DNA of 64,000 nucleotides from Acidobacteriota bacterium. GTDB lineage: Bacteria; Acidobacteriota; UBA6911; RPQK01; JAJDTT01. Below, one piece after another: positions 38,935 to 49,037 of this stretch. The stretch's first letter is position 1, and each line of letters begins with the position of its first letter. The stretch covers positions 4,896,001-4,960,000 of the forward strand of contig OZ242374.1 of assembly GCA_965209055.1 (NCBI GenBank), read 5' to 3'. Made by a program: the position numbers and the translations under genes. Under the pieces are notes generated by a model that made no database searches, was not told the DNA's origin, and was given only the letters and a program-made list of their open reading frames with translations.

Positions 38935-39621
38935 ATGTGCGGCCGTTTCACTCAGATGATGTCCTGGAGTCAGGTCCACGAGCTGTACCGCCACAAGGAA
39001 CCGGTGGCGCCATTGACTATGACGGCCCGATACAACGGCGCGCCGACCCAGGATTTTGCGGCCTGCAGGCTCGACGAGGCCGGACGGCGCACGGTCGTGA
39101 AACTGCGTTGGGGACTGGTGCCGTCCTGGGCCAAGGACGTCCGGATCGGTTTCCGGCTGATCAACGCGCGGTCGGAGACGGTCCACTCCAAGCCGTCGTT
39201 CGCCTCCGCCTTCCGTTCCCGCCGTTGCCTGGTGCCGGCGAACGGGTGGTTCGAGTGGCGAAAGGAAGGCCGCAGCAAGCAACCCTATTTCCTGGCCCTG
39301 GCCAACGGTTCTCCCCTGTCGTTTGCCGGGCTGTGGGAGCGCTGGAGCGGCCCCGCGGATGCTCGGGAGACGTTCACCATCATTACGACGGGAGCTTTTC
39401 CGGATCTTGCCGGCATCCATCATCGCCAACCCGCCATCGTCGACCCCGCGCGATTCGACGACTGGCTCAATCCGGCATCTTCAGTATCGAGCCTCCTCGA
39501 TCTGGTGCGAGAGCCCTGTACCGGCCCCTACGAGAAGCGCCCCGTCAGCACCCTGGTGAACAACGTCCGGAACAACCATCCGGATATCCTCCACTCGGCT
39601 CCGGAGCGGCGTCTGTTCTGA
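38935..39621 (+). CDS. SRAP (YedK/HMCES-type) abasic-site protein
   Basis: MCGRF N-terminus, RYN..PTQ, WGLVPSW, INARSET, RCLVPA.GWFEW, IHHRQP. Confidence 0.95.
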   Translation: MCGRFTQMMSWSQVHELYRHKEPVAPLTMTARYNGAPTQDFAACRLDEAGRRTVVKLRWGLVPSWAKDVRIGFRLINARSETVHSKPSFASAFRSRRCLVPANGWFEWRKEGRSKQPYFLALANGSPLSFAGLWERWSGPADARETFTIITTGAFPDLAGIHHRQPAIVDPARFDDWLNPASSVSSLLDLVREPCTGPYEKRPVSTLVNNVRNNHPDILHSAPERRLF

Positions 39622-39700
39622 AAAGTCGAGGAAAGTGAATAGAGTGAAATCAAGCGTGTCGTTTGCGTCTCCGGCACCCCACCGGCGAGAGGACATATCC

Positions 39701-42700
39701 ATGAAAACCGAGTTTCCTCGCTCTTCCCTGCTCTGCGGGTTGGTCCTGCTGGCCGCTTCGGCTCTGCTGTACCGGCTATTGCAGATTGACGAAACGCCGG
39801 GCGACTCCACGTTGACGGTGGCCGAAGGGTTCGAGGTGGAGCTCGTCGCCGGGCCGCCGCTGGTGGAACGTCCCATATCCATCGATTTCGACGAGCAGGG
39901 GCGCCTCTACGTGACCGAGTCCTCCGGTTCCAACGACCCGGTCGAGCAACAGCTTGAGCGGAAACCGCACCGCGTCAAGCGGCTGGAAGACACCGACGGC
40001 GACGGCCGCTTCGACCGGAGCACGCCGTTCGCCGACGGCATGATGATTCCCCAGGGCGCCCTCTGGTTCGACGGCTCGCTCTACGTGGCGGCGCCTCCCA
40101 GCATCTGGAAGCTGACGGACACCGACGGCGACGGCATCGCCGACCGGCGGGAGGAATGGTTCGCGGGCAAGACCCTCACCGGTTGCGCCAACGATCTCCA
40201 TGGTCCCTACCTGGGACCGGACGGTTGGATCTACTGGACCAAGGGCGCCTTCGCCGAGCAGACCTACGAACGGCCGGACGGTCCTCCCCTGGTCACCCGC
40301 GCCGCCCATGTCTTCCGGCGGCGGCCCTCAGATCCCTGGATCGAGCCGGTCCTGTCCGGAGGGATGGACAACCCCGTGGATGTGGTCTTCACGCCCCGGG
40401 GGGAACGGCTGTTGGCGTCCACTTTCGTCCAGCATCCGAAACTGGGCCGCCGCGACGGCATCATTCACGCCGTCCATGGCAGCGTTTACGGAAAACCGCA
40501 CGACGTCCTCAACGGCCACGCCAGGACCGGGGACCTGCTGCCGGCCATGCTGCACCTGGGCCCGGCCGCTCCCTGCGCCCAGACCATCTATGCCTCACGG
40601 GTCTTCGGCAGCGAATACCAGGGCAACCTGTTTGCCTGCCTCTTCAACCTGAACAAGGTGACGCGGCACGTTCTGGAGCCCAGCGGCGCGACCTTCAAGA
40701 CCCGGGACTCGGACTTCCTGGTCTCAGGCGATCGGGACTTCCATCCCACCGACGTACTGGAGGACGCCGACGGCAGCCTGCTGGTGGCCGATACGGGAGG
40801 CTGGTACAAGCTTTGCTGCCCCACGTCCCAGCTCCACAAGCCGGATGTCCTGGGCGGGATCTACCGGATCCGGCGCAAGGGCGCGCCGGGGCCGGCGGAT
40901 CCCAGGGGCCTGAGCATCGACTGGGACAACGCCGGCGGCGCCCGACTGACGGCATTCCTGGATGATCGGCGCCCCGCCGTACGGAACCGGGCCATGGCGG
41001 CGCTGGCCAAGACGGGAAGTCCGGCGGTGGAGGCGCTGAGGCGGGCGCTTGCCACCTCCGATTCCGTCGAGGCGCGCCGAAACGCCGTTTGGACACTGAC
41101 CCGCATCCCTCACCAGGAGGCCCGCGCCGCCGTTCGGCCGGCGCTCTCCGACGCGGACGAGAGCGTGCGGCAGGCCGCCCTTCATTCGGTCAGCGTCTGG
41201 CGGGACGCCGGCAGCGGACCCAGGGTGCTGGAGCTTCTGGAGCAGGGTTCCGCATCCATTCGGAGGGTGGCCGCCGAGGCGTTGGGACGCATCGGCGACC
41301 GCCGCGCCGTCCCCGGCCTGCTGACTCGGACCGCGTCGAAGAACGACCGGATCCTGGAGCACTCCCTGATCTATGCACTGATCGAGATTGCCGATCCCGA
41401 CGGCACCGCTGCCGGGCTGCGCGCCGCTTCCGCCCATACCCGGCGCGCCGCGCTCATCGCCCTGGACCAGATGCCCGCGGGAGGACTGACGCCGGAGTCC
41501 GTCACTCCGCTGCTGGCGTCCGGGGATCCGATCCTCAAGCAGACGGCCGCCTGGATCGCCGGGGGCCATCCGGAGTGGGGAGACGCGTTGGCCCGGTATT
41601 TTCGCCGGCGTCTGGCCCGTCGCAGTCCGGGCTCCGAGGAGAGGGCGGAATTGACCCGGCAACTGGCCAGGTTCGCAGAAAACGGCACCATCCAAAGTTT
41701 GCTGGCATCGACCGTTGCCGGCGCCGGTTCCATCGAGTCCCGCCAGACGGCGTTGCGGGCCATGGCCGGCAGCACCCTCAAGGAGACGCCGTCCGCATGG
41801 GTCGACGGATTCGTCGCGGTCCTGACGCGAGGAGACCCAGCCCTGATCCGGGAGGCGGTGGCCACCCTCCGCAGCCTGCCGAACCCTGGGGACGAGGACG
41901 CCGGGCGTCTGCGGACGGCGCTGCTCCTCGCCGGGCGCGACTCGACTCTTGAACCCGAGTTGCGGGTGAATGCGTTGGCGGCCATACCGGGAGAATTGGA
42001 CGAACTTGCCCCCGATCTCTTTGAAATGTTGCAGGAGAACCTCGGATCCGCGGCGGCGGTGAACGTCCGCACCGGCGCGGCCGGAGTCCTGGGCAGGTCC
42101 CGGCCGAACCGCGATCAGCTGCTGAAATTGACCGAGACGGTCCGGACCGCCGGCCCCCTGGTGCTCTCACCGCTGCTTGGAGCCTATCGCGACGGCGGAG
42201 ACGAAGATCTCGGCCGGCGGCTGATGGCGGCCGTCCGGGACTCAAAAGGGCTGAACGGACTGCGGGCCGACGTCATGAAGCAGACCCTGGCCAACTTTCC
42301 GCCTCCCGTGCAACGACAGGGGGAGCAACTCCTGGCCTCCCTGGCAATGGATCCGGTCCAGCAGAAAACACGTCTGGAGGCTCTGCTGGCGGCCTTGGAC
42401 GAAGGGGATATTCGCCGGGGTCAGGCCGTCTTCAACAGCAACAGCACCGCCTGCTCCTCGTGCCACGCCATCGGCTACCAGGGGGGCCGGTCCGGGCCCG
42501 ATCTCACCCGGATCGGCGACGTTCGATCCAGGCGCGATCTGCTGGAGTCCATCCTGTTTCCCAGCGCCAGCTTCGTCCGCGGCTACGAGCCGGTGGTGGT
42601 GGTGACCGAATCGGGAGAGATCCACCAGGGAGTCGTCACCCGGGACGGGCAGGAGGAGGTCCGGTTGGTGACCGGACCGGACACCGAGGTGCGGGTCGCC

Positions 42701-42832
42701 CGGTCGGAGATTCGCGAGATCCGCCCCGGCAACGTCTCCGTCATGCCCTCAGGCCTGGAGGAACAGGTGAGCCGGGAGGAGCTGGCCAGCCTGCTGGCCT
42801 TTCTGAGCAACGCCCGGCGGCGTCCTCGTTGA
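39701..42832 (+). CDS. PVC-type membrane-bound dehydrogenase with HEAT repeats and a c-type heme
   Basis: N-terminal TM, LEDTDGDG.FD propeller, HEAT-like repeats, G.AVF...CSSCH, GPDLT, S.MP.GL. Confidence 0.88.
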   Translation: MKTEFPRSSLLCGLVLLAASALLYRLLQIDETPGDSTLTVAEGFEVELVAGPPLVERPISIDFDEQGRLYVTESSGSNDPVEQQLERKPHRVKRLEDTDGDGRFDRSTPFADGMMIPQGALWFDGSLYVAAPPSIWKLTDTDGDGIADRREEWFAGKTLTGCANDLHGPYLGPDGWIYWTKGAFAEQTYERPDGPPLVTRAAHVFRRRPSDPWIEPVLSGGMDNPVDVVFTPRGERLLASTFVQHPKLGRRDGIIHAVHGSVYGKPHDVLNGHARTGDLLPAMLHLGPAAPCAQTIYASRVFGSEYQGNLFACLFNLNKVTRHVLEPSGATFKTRDSDFLVSGDRDFHPTDVLEDADGSLLVADTGGWYKLCCPTSQLHKPDVLGGIYRIRRKGAPGPADPRGLSIDWDNAGGARLTAFLDDRRPAVRNRAMAALAKTGSPAVEALRRALATSDSVEARRNAVWTLTRIPHQEARAAVRPALSDADESVRQAALHSVSVWRDAGSGPRVLELLEQGSASIRRVAAEALGRIGDRRAVPGLLTRTASKNDRILEHSLIYALIEIADPDGTAAGLRAASAHTRRAALIALDQMPAGGLTPESVTPLLASGDPILKQTAAWIAGGHPEWGDALARYFRRRLARRSPGSEERAELTRQLARFAENGTIQSLLASTVAGAGSIESRQTALRAMAGSTLKETPSAWVDGFVAVLTRGDPALIREAVATLRSLPNPGDEDAGRLRTALLLAGRDSTLEPELRVNALAAIPGELDELAPDLFEMLQENLGSAAAVNVRTGAAGVLGRSRPNRDQLLKLTETVRTAGPLVLSPLLGAYRDGGDEDLGRRLMAAVRDSKGLNGLRADVMKQTLANFPPPVQRQGEQLLASLAMDPVQQKTRLEALLAALDEGDIRRGQAVFNSNSTACSSCHAIGYQGGRSGPDLTRIGDVRSRRDLLESILFPSASFVRGYEPVVVVTESGEIHQGVVTRDGQEEVRLVTGPDTEVRVARSEIREIRPGNVSVMPSGLEEQVSREELASLLAFLSNARRRPR

Positions 42833-42871
42833 GATGACGACCCGCACGCCGGATCGGGGAAGAGGAACGGG

Positions 42872-44350
42872 CTATTCGGACCTCAGCCACTTGTCGATCT
42901 GGTTCCCAGCCTGGTCGATGATCGTTTCCAGAGCACCCTTGGCCAGGACGGCGATGGTGTCCGGGTAACGCCCCGATCCGTAGGCGGCGGCCGGCGGTAA
43001 ATAGTTGGCCCGGGCGCCGTTGGCCAGGGAAGCCACCATGATGGGCACTCCCGGAAACCGCTCCCGCAAAGAAGTTTGCAACAACTGGTAGGGCTCCCCT
43101 TCCACGGCCAGCCAGAAAGCGTCCCCGAGGCTCCAGAGCCAGATCGAACAGGCCATGCTCTCTCCCGAAGGGAGGAATTCAAGCCGTTGCAGCCGGCGGG
43201 TCTGCTGCTCGGCCAAAGCCCGGAAATCGGCGGCTCGGGTTTGATCTCCGCCAGCGCGGGCCTGCGCTTCCTCGGCTTGGCACCGTTCCAGCTCGGATTC
43301 GACCTGAGCCCTGGTGAGCGAAGTCCCGCGGTACGGGAGGTCGATGGCCCAGCGCCTCATCTTCCACCGGCGGCTTCGTCCCACCTCCCCGCGGGAAAAC
43401 CGGGTCCAGGACCAGGTTCCCAGGGTGGCGCCGGACTCCCGGGGCCCGGTGTATCGAAAGCACCGGTTGGGAGGCGGCAGATCACACAGGGCCGAGAGGG
43501 CGGCGTAGCCGAGCTGGCGTCCGTTCCGGTCCGCCACTTCCGGGTCCCCCACGAATCCCTCCTTGGGTCCCAGGTCCCCGGAGGCGCCCTGGAGGAAGAG
43601 GCAGGGCGCGCCGGTCTCCCGCTGGACGACCTCCCGCATGGCGCCTGGAAAGTCGGGGCTGATGAGCGTGTTCTGCCAGGCCAGAGTCGTGGGATGGCAC
43701 GCGTAGTTGACGATGGACGCCAACGGCTCATCCCGTTCGCCGGTGACCCGAGCGACCAGGAGAGCGTCGTCCGACGGCCCTTCGGGATTGTACCCGCACA
43801 CGTATTGCTGCAACCGTTCGTCCCACAGATCCCGGTTCCGGGCCAACGAGCAGCGGCCGAAGCCGTATCTGATGGTGGCCGTCTGCCGCCGCGACCTGGC
43901 CGTCGAGATCAGATCGCCCACCGAGGCCGCGACCCGCTCCAGATAGCCGCGGATCAGCTCTCCGCCCGGCAGGGACTCTCGCTCCATGCCCATCAGGCCG
44001 GCGGCATGAGTATGGGAGAACACCACCAACAGGGAGTCGCGGCCGACCCCGGAGAGCCGGCTCGCCCTTTCCAGCAGCAGGTCCATCTCGGCGGGCCACA
44101 ACAGAACGTGGTCCAACAGGATCAGGATCTGCTCGGACGCCGAAGGAGGCCCTCCCTCCTCAAGTGACCCGAACGCGAGAGCCGATGCCGTCAGGGGACG
44201 ATGCACGCCGGTGGAGCGGTCGTGGCTGGCGGCGCCCCACATTCGGTGATAGATGCCGACGGGCGGAGTGATATCCGCCTGTGCCAGACCGAAGCGGCAA
44301 CGGCTCTGAAACGTCTCTACAGACCGCGGATTGTCCATATTGCCTCTCAT
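42872..44350 (-). CDS. neutral/alkaline ceramidase N-terminal-domain family protein
   Basis: ADITPP.G, SHTHA, VNYACHPT, ISPDFPG, FLQGASGD, GEP. Confidence 0.8.
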   Translation of the reverse strand: MRGNMDNPRSVETFQSRCRFGLAQADITPPVGIYHRMWGAASHDRSTGVHRPLTASALAFGSLEEGGPPSASEQILILLDHVLLWPAEMDLLLERASRLSGVGRDSLLVVFSHTHAAGLMGMERESLPGGELIRGYLERVAASVGDLISTARSRRQTATIRYGFGRCSLARNRDLWDERLQQYVCGYNPEGPSDDALLVARVTGERDEPLASIVNYACHPTTLAWQNTLISPDFPGAMREVVQRETGAPCLFLQGASGDLGPKEGFVGDPEVADRNGRQLGYAALSALCDLPPPNRCFRYTGPRESGATLGTWSWTRFSRGEVGRSRRWKMRRWAIDLPYRGTSLTRAQVESELERCQAEEAQARAGGDQTRAADFRALAEQQTRRLQRLEFLPSGESMACSIWLWSLGDAFWLAVEGEPYQLLQTSLRERFPGVPIMVASLANGARANYLPPAAAYGSGRYPDTIAVLAKGALETIIDQAGNQIDKWLRSE

Positions 44351-44424
44351 CCGGACGGCAACCGGCCTCCACCACGCACCGATTGGCTGTGTGAATCCGG
44401 TTTCGCGAAGACCCTTGCAGGCCG

Positions 44425-45636
44425 TCAGGTTGCCGGGTCGAGTTGGGGAACCTCCATCTGCTCACCGTTGCGCAGGGCGGACTGGTGGGAAACGATTCCC
44501 GGCACGGTCATGGCCAGCGACTCGTAGACGTCGATGGCCGGCTCCCGGTCCTCCACCAGCGCATTGACGAACTCCGCCGTGAGGAAGGTGTGGCTGCTGC
44601 CGTGACCGCTCTCGTGCCGCATCGCCGGCGGCAACCGGCCGGTGTTCCAGTACTCGGGCAGGGTCACTTCCTTCGGCTTGCTGTTCCGCCCGTCCCAAAT
44701 GACGCGATGGATGCCCTCCCGGGTCATGTAGAAGGTTCCCTTTTCGCCGAACCAGTTGGCTCGCTCGCCCCCCGCGGCGATGTGCCAGAACATGTTGCAG
44801 CGTACGATGTGGCCCTGATCCGTCTGCATCCAGGCGCCGGCGTTGGAGAACGGGTTCCGGTACGGATTGGCCTTGAACATGGCCATCTCTTCCGGATCCC
44901 CCCATCCCAGAGCCGAGGTCCTGACGATACGCTCACCCGTGACTCCCACGATGTAGCCCAGAGCATGGGTCGGATAGTGCATGGGAGGAAACCCCTGCCG
45001 CCAGCTCACGGAACCGTCGGGATCGTAGTAGTTGGACTTCGGATTGTTGATGATGTCTTCGCGATAGACATCGTGATAGTACTCGACTTCGCTGTAGAAC
45101 AACTCTCCGAATCCGCCCTTCTGAAAAAGCTCTCGGGCGTAGATGCAGGCCGTGTTGTAGTAACTGGTCTCGGCCATCATGTATCGGAGACCCGTCTTTT
45201 CCTTCAGCTCCTTGAGCTCGTACGCCTCTTCCATGGTGAAGCAGGCCGGTACCGCGGCGATCACATGGAGTCCTCTCTCGAAACACATTCTCGTGTGCTT
45301 CACATGGTCGAGAGCCCCGCTGAAGACCGCCACGGCGTCCAGGTCGTTCGTCTTCTCCTGCAGCATTTCCTCCATGGAGTCGTAGACGTTGTCGCAACCG
45401 TAGACTTCCTGGAGCCTCTTCCGGCGCTTCGGGTAGAGGTCGGTCACGGCTTCGACCACACACCGCGGATGCTCGTGCCAGTAGAAGTTGCAACCGAACC
45501 CGCCTCCAACGATCCCGATGCGGATCTTCTTATCCGACGTGTTCGATCCGTGGCCCACGTATCCCGGAGTCGCCGAGACGGCCTTGGCGGCCACGCCCAT
45601 GGCAGCCGTGGTCAGGAACTCACGCCTGGATGCCAT
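44425..45636 (-). CDS. Tat-exported Gfo/Idh/MocA oxidoreductase
   Basis: SRREFL, IGIVGGGFG, YMMAETS, PPMHYPTH, HG.SH.FL..EF. Confidence 0.85.
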   Translation of the reverse strand: MASRREFLTTAAMGVAAKAVSATPGYVGHGSNTSDKKIRIGIVGGGFGCNFYWHEHPRCVVEAVTDLYPKRRKRLQEVYGCDNVYDSMEEMLQEKTNDLDAVAVFSGALDHVKHTRMCFERGLHVIAAVPACFTMEEAYELKELKEKTGLRYMMAETSYYNTACIYARELFQKGGFGELFYSEVEYYHDVYREDIINNPKSNYYDPDGSVSWRQGFPPMHYPTHALGYIVGVTGERIVRTSALGWGDPEEMAMFKANPYRNPFSNAGAWMQTDQGHIVRCNMFWHIAAGGERANWFGEKGTFYMTREGIHRVIWDGRNSKPKEVTLPEYWNTGRLPPAMRHESGHGSSHTFLTAEFVNALVEDREPAIDVYESLAMTVPGIVSHQSALRNGEQMEVPQLDPAT

Positions 45637-46516
45637 CTTCTTTTTCTCCGCGGCAGGATGACCCCTTTTTCGGGGCGGATCGGAGAATCCACTGCGCTCG
45701 CTTGACCACCGGCAGGTCCACCATCCTCCCGTCGACGGCCATCGTCCCCTCCTCCGGGGCCGCTTTGAAAGCCGCCACCACCCGGCGTGCAGACTCGACC
45801 TCCTGATCCGTCGGACGGAAAACGTGATGGACGGCTTCGATCTGAGCCGGATGGATCAGAAGCTTTCCCGTGAACCCGAGTTCCCGCGCCGCTTGAGTCT
45901 CCCGGGCCAAGCCGTCCGGATCCCGAAAATCGACGTAGACCTTGTCCACCACCTCCAGCTTGGCACTGGCCGCGGCCACCACCAGCGCGGAGCGTGCATA
46001 GGCCAATAGACCTCCCTGGCGAAACGAGAACAGGCCCAGATCGACGGCAAAGTCCTCGGCCCCAAACATGAGCGCCGCCAGTCTGGGAGAAGATACGGCG
46101 ATGGCCGGCGCCTGAATCAGACCCACGGCGCTCTCGATCATCGCCGCCAGCCGAACACTTCCAGGCGCCATGCCTGCCTGAGGCTCCAGTTCCGTCAGCG
46201 AACGATCGACGGTCCGCACGTCCTCCGGACAGTCCACCTTGGGGAGCACCAGCCCCTCCAGACCGGGCCGGACCACCGCGCGCAGATCGCCGTCCACGGC
46301 TCCATGGCCGGCGGCGTGGATCCGAACGAACCGGCGAGGTCCCTCCCGCGCCGCACTCAAGGCCGCGGCCACCTTCGTTCGGGCCGCCTCCATCTCATTC
46401 GGCGGGACGGCGTCCTCAAGATCGTATATCAATGCATCCGAACCCCGGCCAGGCGATTTATCGATCATTTTCTGCCGATGGCCAGGGACAAAGAGCCAGG
46501 ACCGAATCATCTCCAT
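45620..46516 (-). CDS. CitE / HpcH-HpaI aldolase-citrate lyase family CoA ester lyase
   Basis: RSWLFVPG, DLEDAV, LPKV, IESA.G, FGAEDF, GFTGK..IHP.Q, DG.MVD.P. Confidence 0.9.
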   Translation of the reverse strand: MEMIRSWLFVPGHRQKMIDKSPGRGSDALIYDLEDAVPPNEMEAARTKVAAALSAAREGPRRFVRIHAAGHGAVDGDLRAVVRPGLEGLVLPKVDCPEDVRTVDRSLTELEPQAGMAPGSVRLAAMIESAVGLIQAPAIAVSSPRLAALMFGAEDFAVDLGLFSFRQGGLLAYARSALVVAAASAKLEVVDKVYVDFRDPDGLARETQAARELGFTGKLLIHPAQIEAVHHVFRPTDQEVESARRVVAAFKAAPEEGTMAVDGRMVDLPVVKRAQWILRSAPKKGSSCRGEKEDGIQA

Positions 46517-46578
46517 CGGCCAATTATCTACTCTTGATTTGATTTGACAATAACAAGCCCGGAAGATGGGCGCCGGAC

Positions 46579-47733
46579 ATGACAACGAACAGGGGGCTAC
46601 AGGTTCGCCGTTCGCTGGCCCGGGCGGGCCGCATCGTGGTCAAGGTGGGTTCCGGAGTCCTGGTGGACTCCCGGCAGCGCCTGGACACGAAGCGAATCGG
46701 CAGCCTCGTGGACAGTATGGCCCGCCTCCTGGCGGAAGGGCGCCAGTTGGTGCTGGTCACGTCGGGAGCGGTGGCGGCCGGGGCTCCGGTCATGGGGTTG
46801 ACCGGTTCGGCCAAGACCATCCCCCAGTTGCAGGCCTGCGCCGCCGTCGGTCAGAACCTCCTCATGTCCGTCTACGAACGCCTCTTCTCGCGGCTGGGCC
46901 GGCACACGGCGCAGGTCCTTCTGACGCGGGACGACATGCACAATCGGGAACGTTATCTCAACGCCAGAAACACACTGGAGACGCTGCTCGCGTCTGCAAT
47001 CCTCCCCGTGGTCAACGAGAACGACACGGTGGCCGTCAACGAGATCAAGTTCGGCGACAACGACCAGCTTTCGGCGCAGGTCGCGGTCCTGGTTCAAGCC
47101 GACCTGCTGCTGATTCTTTCCACGGTGGGCGGGTTCTACGAGCAGATCCGGGAGGGCGCCCCGGAGGATGGACGACTGATCTCCACGGTGGAGCAGATCA
47201 CCGATTGGCATTTCAGCCATACGCGCGACACCCGGAATTCGGCGTCCGTTACCCGCGGCGGGATGCGCTCCAAGCTGCTGTCGATCCGCAAGGCGGCCGA
47301 GTCGGGAATTCCCTCGTTGCTGGTCAGCGGCCTGGACGCGCGAATCCTGGAGACGGCCCTGGAGGGTCGGGAGGTGGGCACCCTCTTCCTTCCGTTCAAG
47401 GAGCGGCTTTCGGCCCGGAAGCACTGGATCCTGCATTCGCTCCAGCCACAGGGGCGCCTGATCGTGGACCGGGGCGCCGCGCGGGCGCTGACTCAACAGG
47501 GCAAGAGCCTCCTTTCCATCGGCATCACCGCGGTGGAAGGCACGTTCCACTCGGGAAACCCGGTCCGGGTCATGGGACCCGACGGCCGGGAGATCGCCCG
47601 GGGTCTGAGCTACTACAGTTCCAGGGAGGTGGCGGCGATTCGGGGCTGCAAGAGCGAAGAGATCCGCGCACAACTCGGCTACAGCTACTACGACGAGGTG
47701 ATCCATAGAGACAACCTGGTGCTGGTAAAATGA
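46579..47733 (+). CDS. proB: glutamate 5-kinase
   Basis: VVKVGS, VTSGAVAAG, AAVGQ, VNENDTV, FGDND.LSA, GGM.SK, C-terminal PUA domain ending IHRDNL. Confidence 0.97.
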   Translation: MTTNRGLQVRRSLARAGRIVVKVGSGVLVDSRQRLDTKRIGSLVDSMARLLAEGRQLVLVTSGAVAAGAPVMGLTGSAKTIPQLQACAAVGQNLLMSVYERLFSRLGRHTAQVLLTRDDMHNRERYLNARNTLETLLASAILPVVNENDTVAVNEIKFGDNDQLSAQVAVLVQADLLLILSTVGGFYEQIREGAPEDGRLISTVEQITDWHFSHTRDTRNSASVTRGGMRSKLLSIRKAAESGIPSLLVSGLDARILETALEGREVGTLFLPFKERLSARKHWILHSLQPQGRLIVDRGAARALTQQGKSLLSIGITAVEGTFHSGNPVRVMGPDGREIARGLSYYSSREVAAIRGCKSEEIRAQLGYSYYDEVIHRDNLVLVK

Positions 47734-47758
47734 CCGTCCCCTGATTTGCGGGAGAAGA

Positions 47759-49036
47759 ATGATGACCACAACCGTGACCTCACTGGAAAACGAGATCGTC
47801 CAGCTCTCCAGGCGGGCCAAGTCGGCTTCCCGCCGGCTGGCCGGACTGTCCGCGGACGCCAAGAACGCACTGCTGGAAGACCTGGCCCGTCGGCTGTCGC
47901 AGCCCGACGCCCGCGCGACGTTGCTGGCGGCCAACGCCCGCGACCTGGAAGCGGGCGCCCGAAAGGGTCTCACCGGCGCGCTGCTGGATCGGCTGAAACT
48001 GGACTCCAAGCGGATGGACTCCATGATCCGGGGCCTGCGGGAGGTGGCCCGGCTGCCCGACCCCGTGGGCGTCGACCGCCAGAGGTGGACCCGGCCCAAC
48101 GGGCTTCAGGTTGCCAAGCGGACCATCCCCCTGGGAGTGATCGGCATCATCTACGAGGCAAGGCCCAACGTCACCATCGACGCCTTCTCCCTCTGCTTCA
48201 AGGCCGGAAACGCCACCGTCCTCAAGGGAGGCTCCGAGGCCATTCATTCGAACCGGGCCCTGGTGGACCTGGTGGCCAGGACGCTGGCGCCGGCCGGCCT
48301 CTCGGATGCGTGCCGGCTGCTGGACACCACTGACCGCAACGCCATCGCCATCATGGTCCGCCAGGAGGAGTTCATCGACCTGATCATTCCCCGGGGAGGC
48401 GAGGGATTGATCCGCTTCGTTGCGGCAACGAGCCGCATCCCCGTCATCAAGCACTACAAGGGAGTGTGCAACATCTATGTGGATGAGGAAGCCGATCTCG
48501 AAAAGGCCCTGACCATCGCCGAGAACGCCAAGATCTCCCGGCCCGCCGTTTGCAATGCCGTGGAGAACCTCCTGATCCACGAAAAGGCCGCCGCCCGGTT
48601 CCTCCCCCGATTTGCCCGGCGGATGGACCAGGCGGGGGTCGAGCTGCGGGGAGATGACCGGACCTGCAAGATCCTCCCCGGAGCCACGCCGGCGACGGAC
48701 GAGGACTACCACGAGGAGTTCCTGGACCTGATCCTGGCCGTGCGGGTCGTCTCAAACCTGGACGAGGCCGTCGCCCACATCGAAACCTACGGTTCCGACC
48801 ACACCGAATCCATCGTCACCGAAAATCAGGCCACGGGCGAGGCGTTCCTGAACCGGGTCAACTCCTCGGTGGTCCTGGTCAACGCCTCCACCCGCTTTTC
48901 CGACGGAGGAGAGCTGGGCCTGGGCGCCGAGATCGGAATCAGCACCACCCGGCTGCACGCTTACGGACCCATGGGGCTGGAAAGCCTGGTGACGGAGAAA
49001 TTCGTCATCGTGGGGGACGGACAGATCCGCGTGTGA
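47759..49036 (+). CDS. proA: glutamate-5-semialdehyde dehydrogenase
   Basis: PLGVIGIIYEARPNVT, KGGSEA, IPRGG, CNAVE, VNASTRF.DG, GAEIGIST..LHA.GPMGL. Confidence 0.97.
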   Translation: MMTTTVTSLENEIVQLSRRAKSASRRLAGLSADAKNALLEDLARRLSQPDARATLLAANARDLEAGARKGLTGALLDRLKLDSKRMDSMIRGLREVARLPDPVGVDRQRWTRPNGLQVAKRTIPLGVIGIIYEARPNVTIDAFSLCFKAGNATVLKGGSEAIHSNRALVDLVARTLAPAGLSDACRLLDTTDRNAIAIMVRQEEFIDLIIPRGGEGLIRFVAATSRIPVIKHYKGVCNIYVDEEADLEKALTIAENAKISRPAVCNAVENLLIHEKAAARFLPRFARRMDQAGVELRGDDRTCKILPGATPATDEDYHEEFLDLILAVRVVSNLDEAVAHIETYGSDHTESIVTENQATGEAFLNRVNSSVVLVNASTRFSDGGELGLGAEIGISTTRLHAYGPMGLESLVTEKFVIVGDGQIRV

Positions 49037-49037
49037 A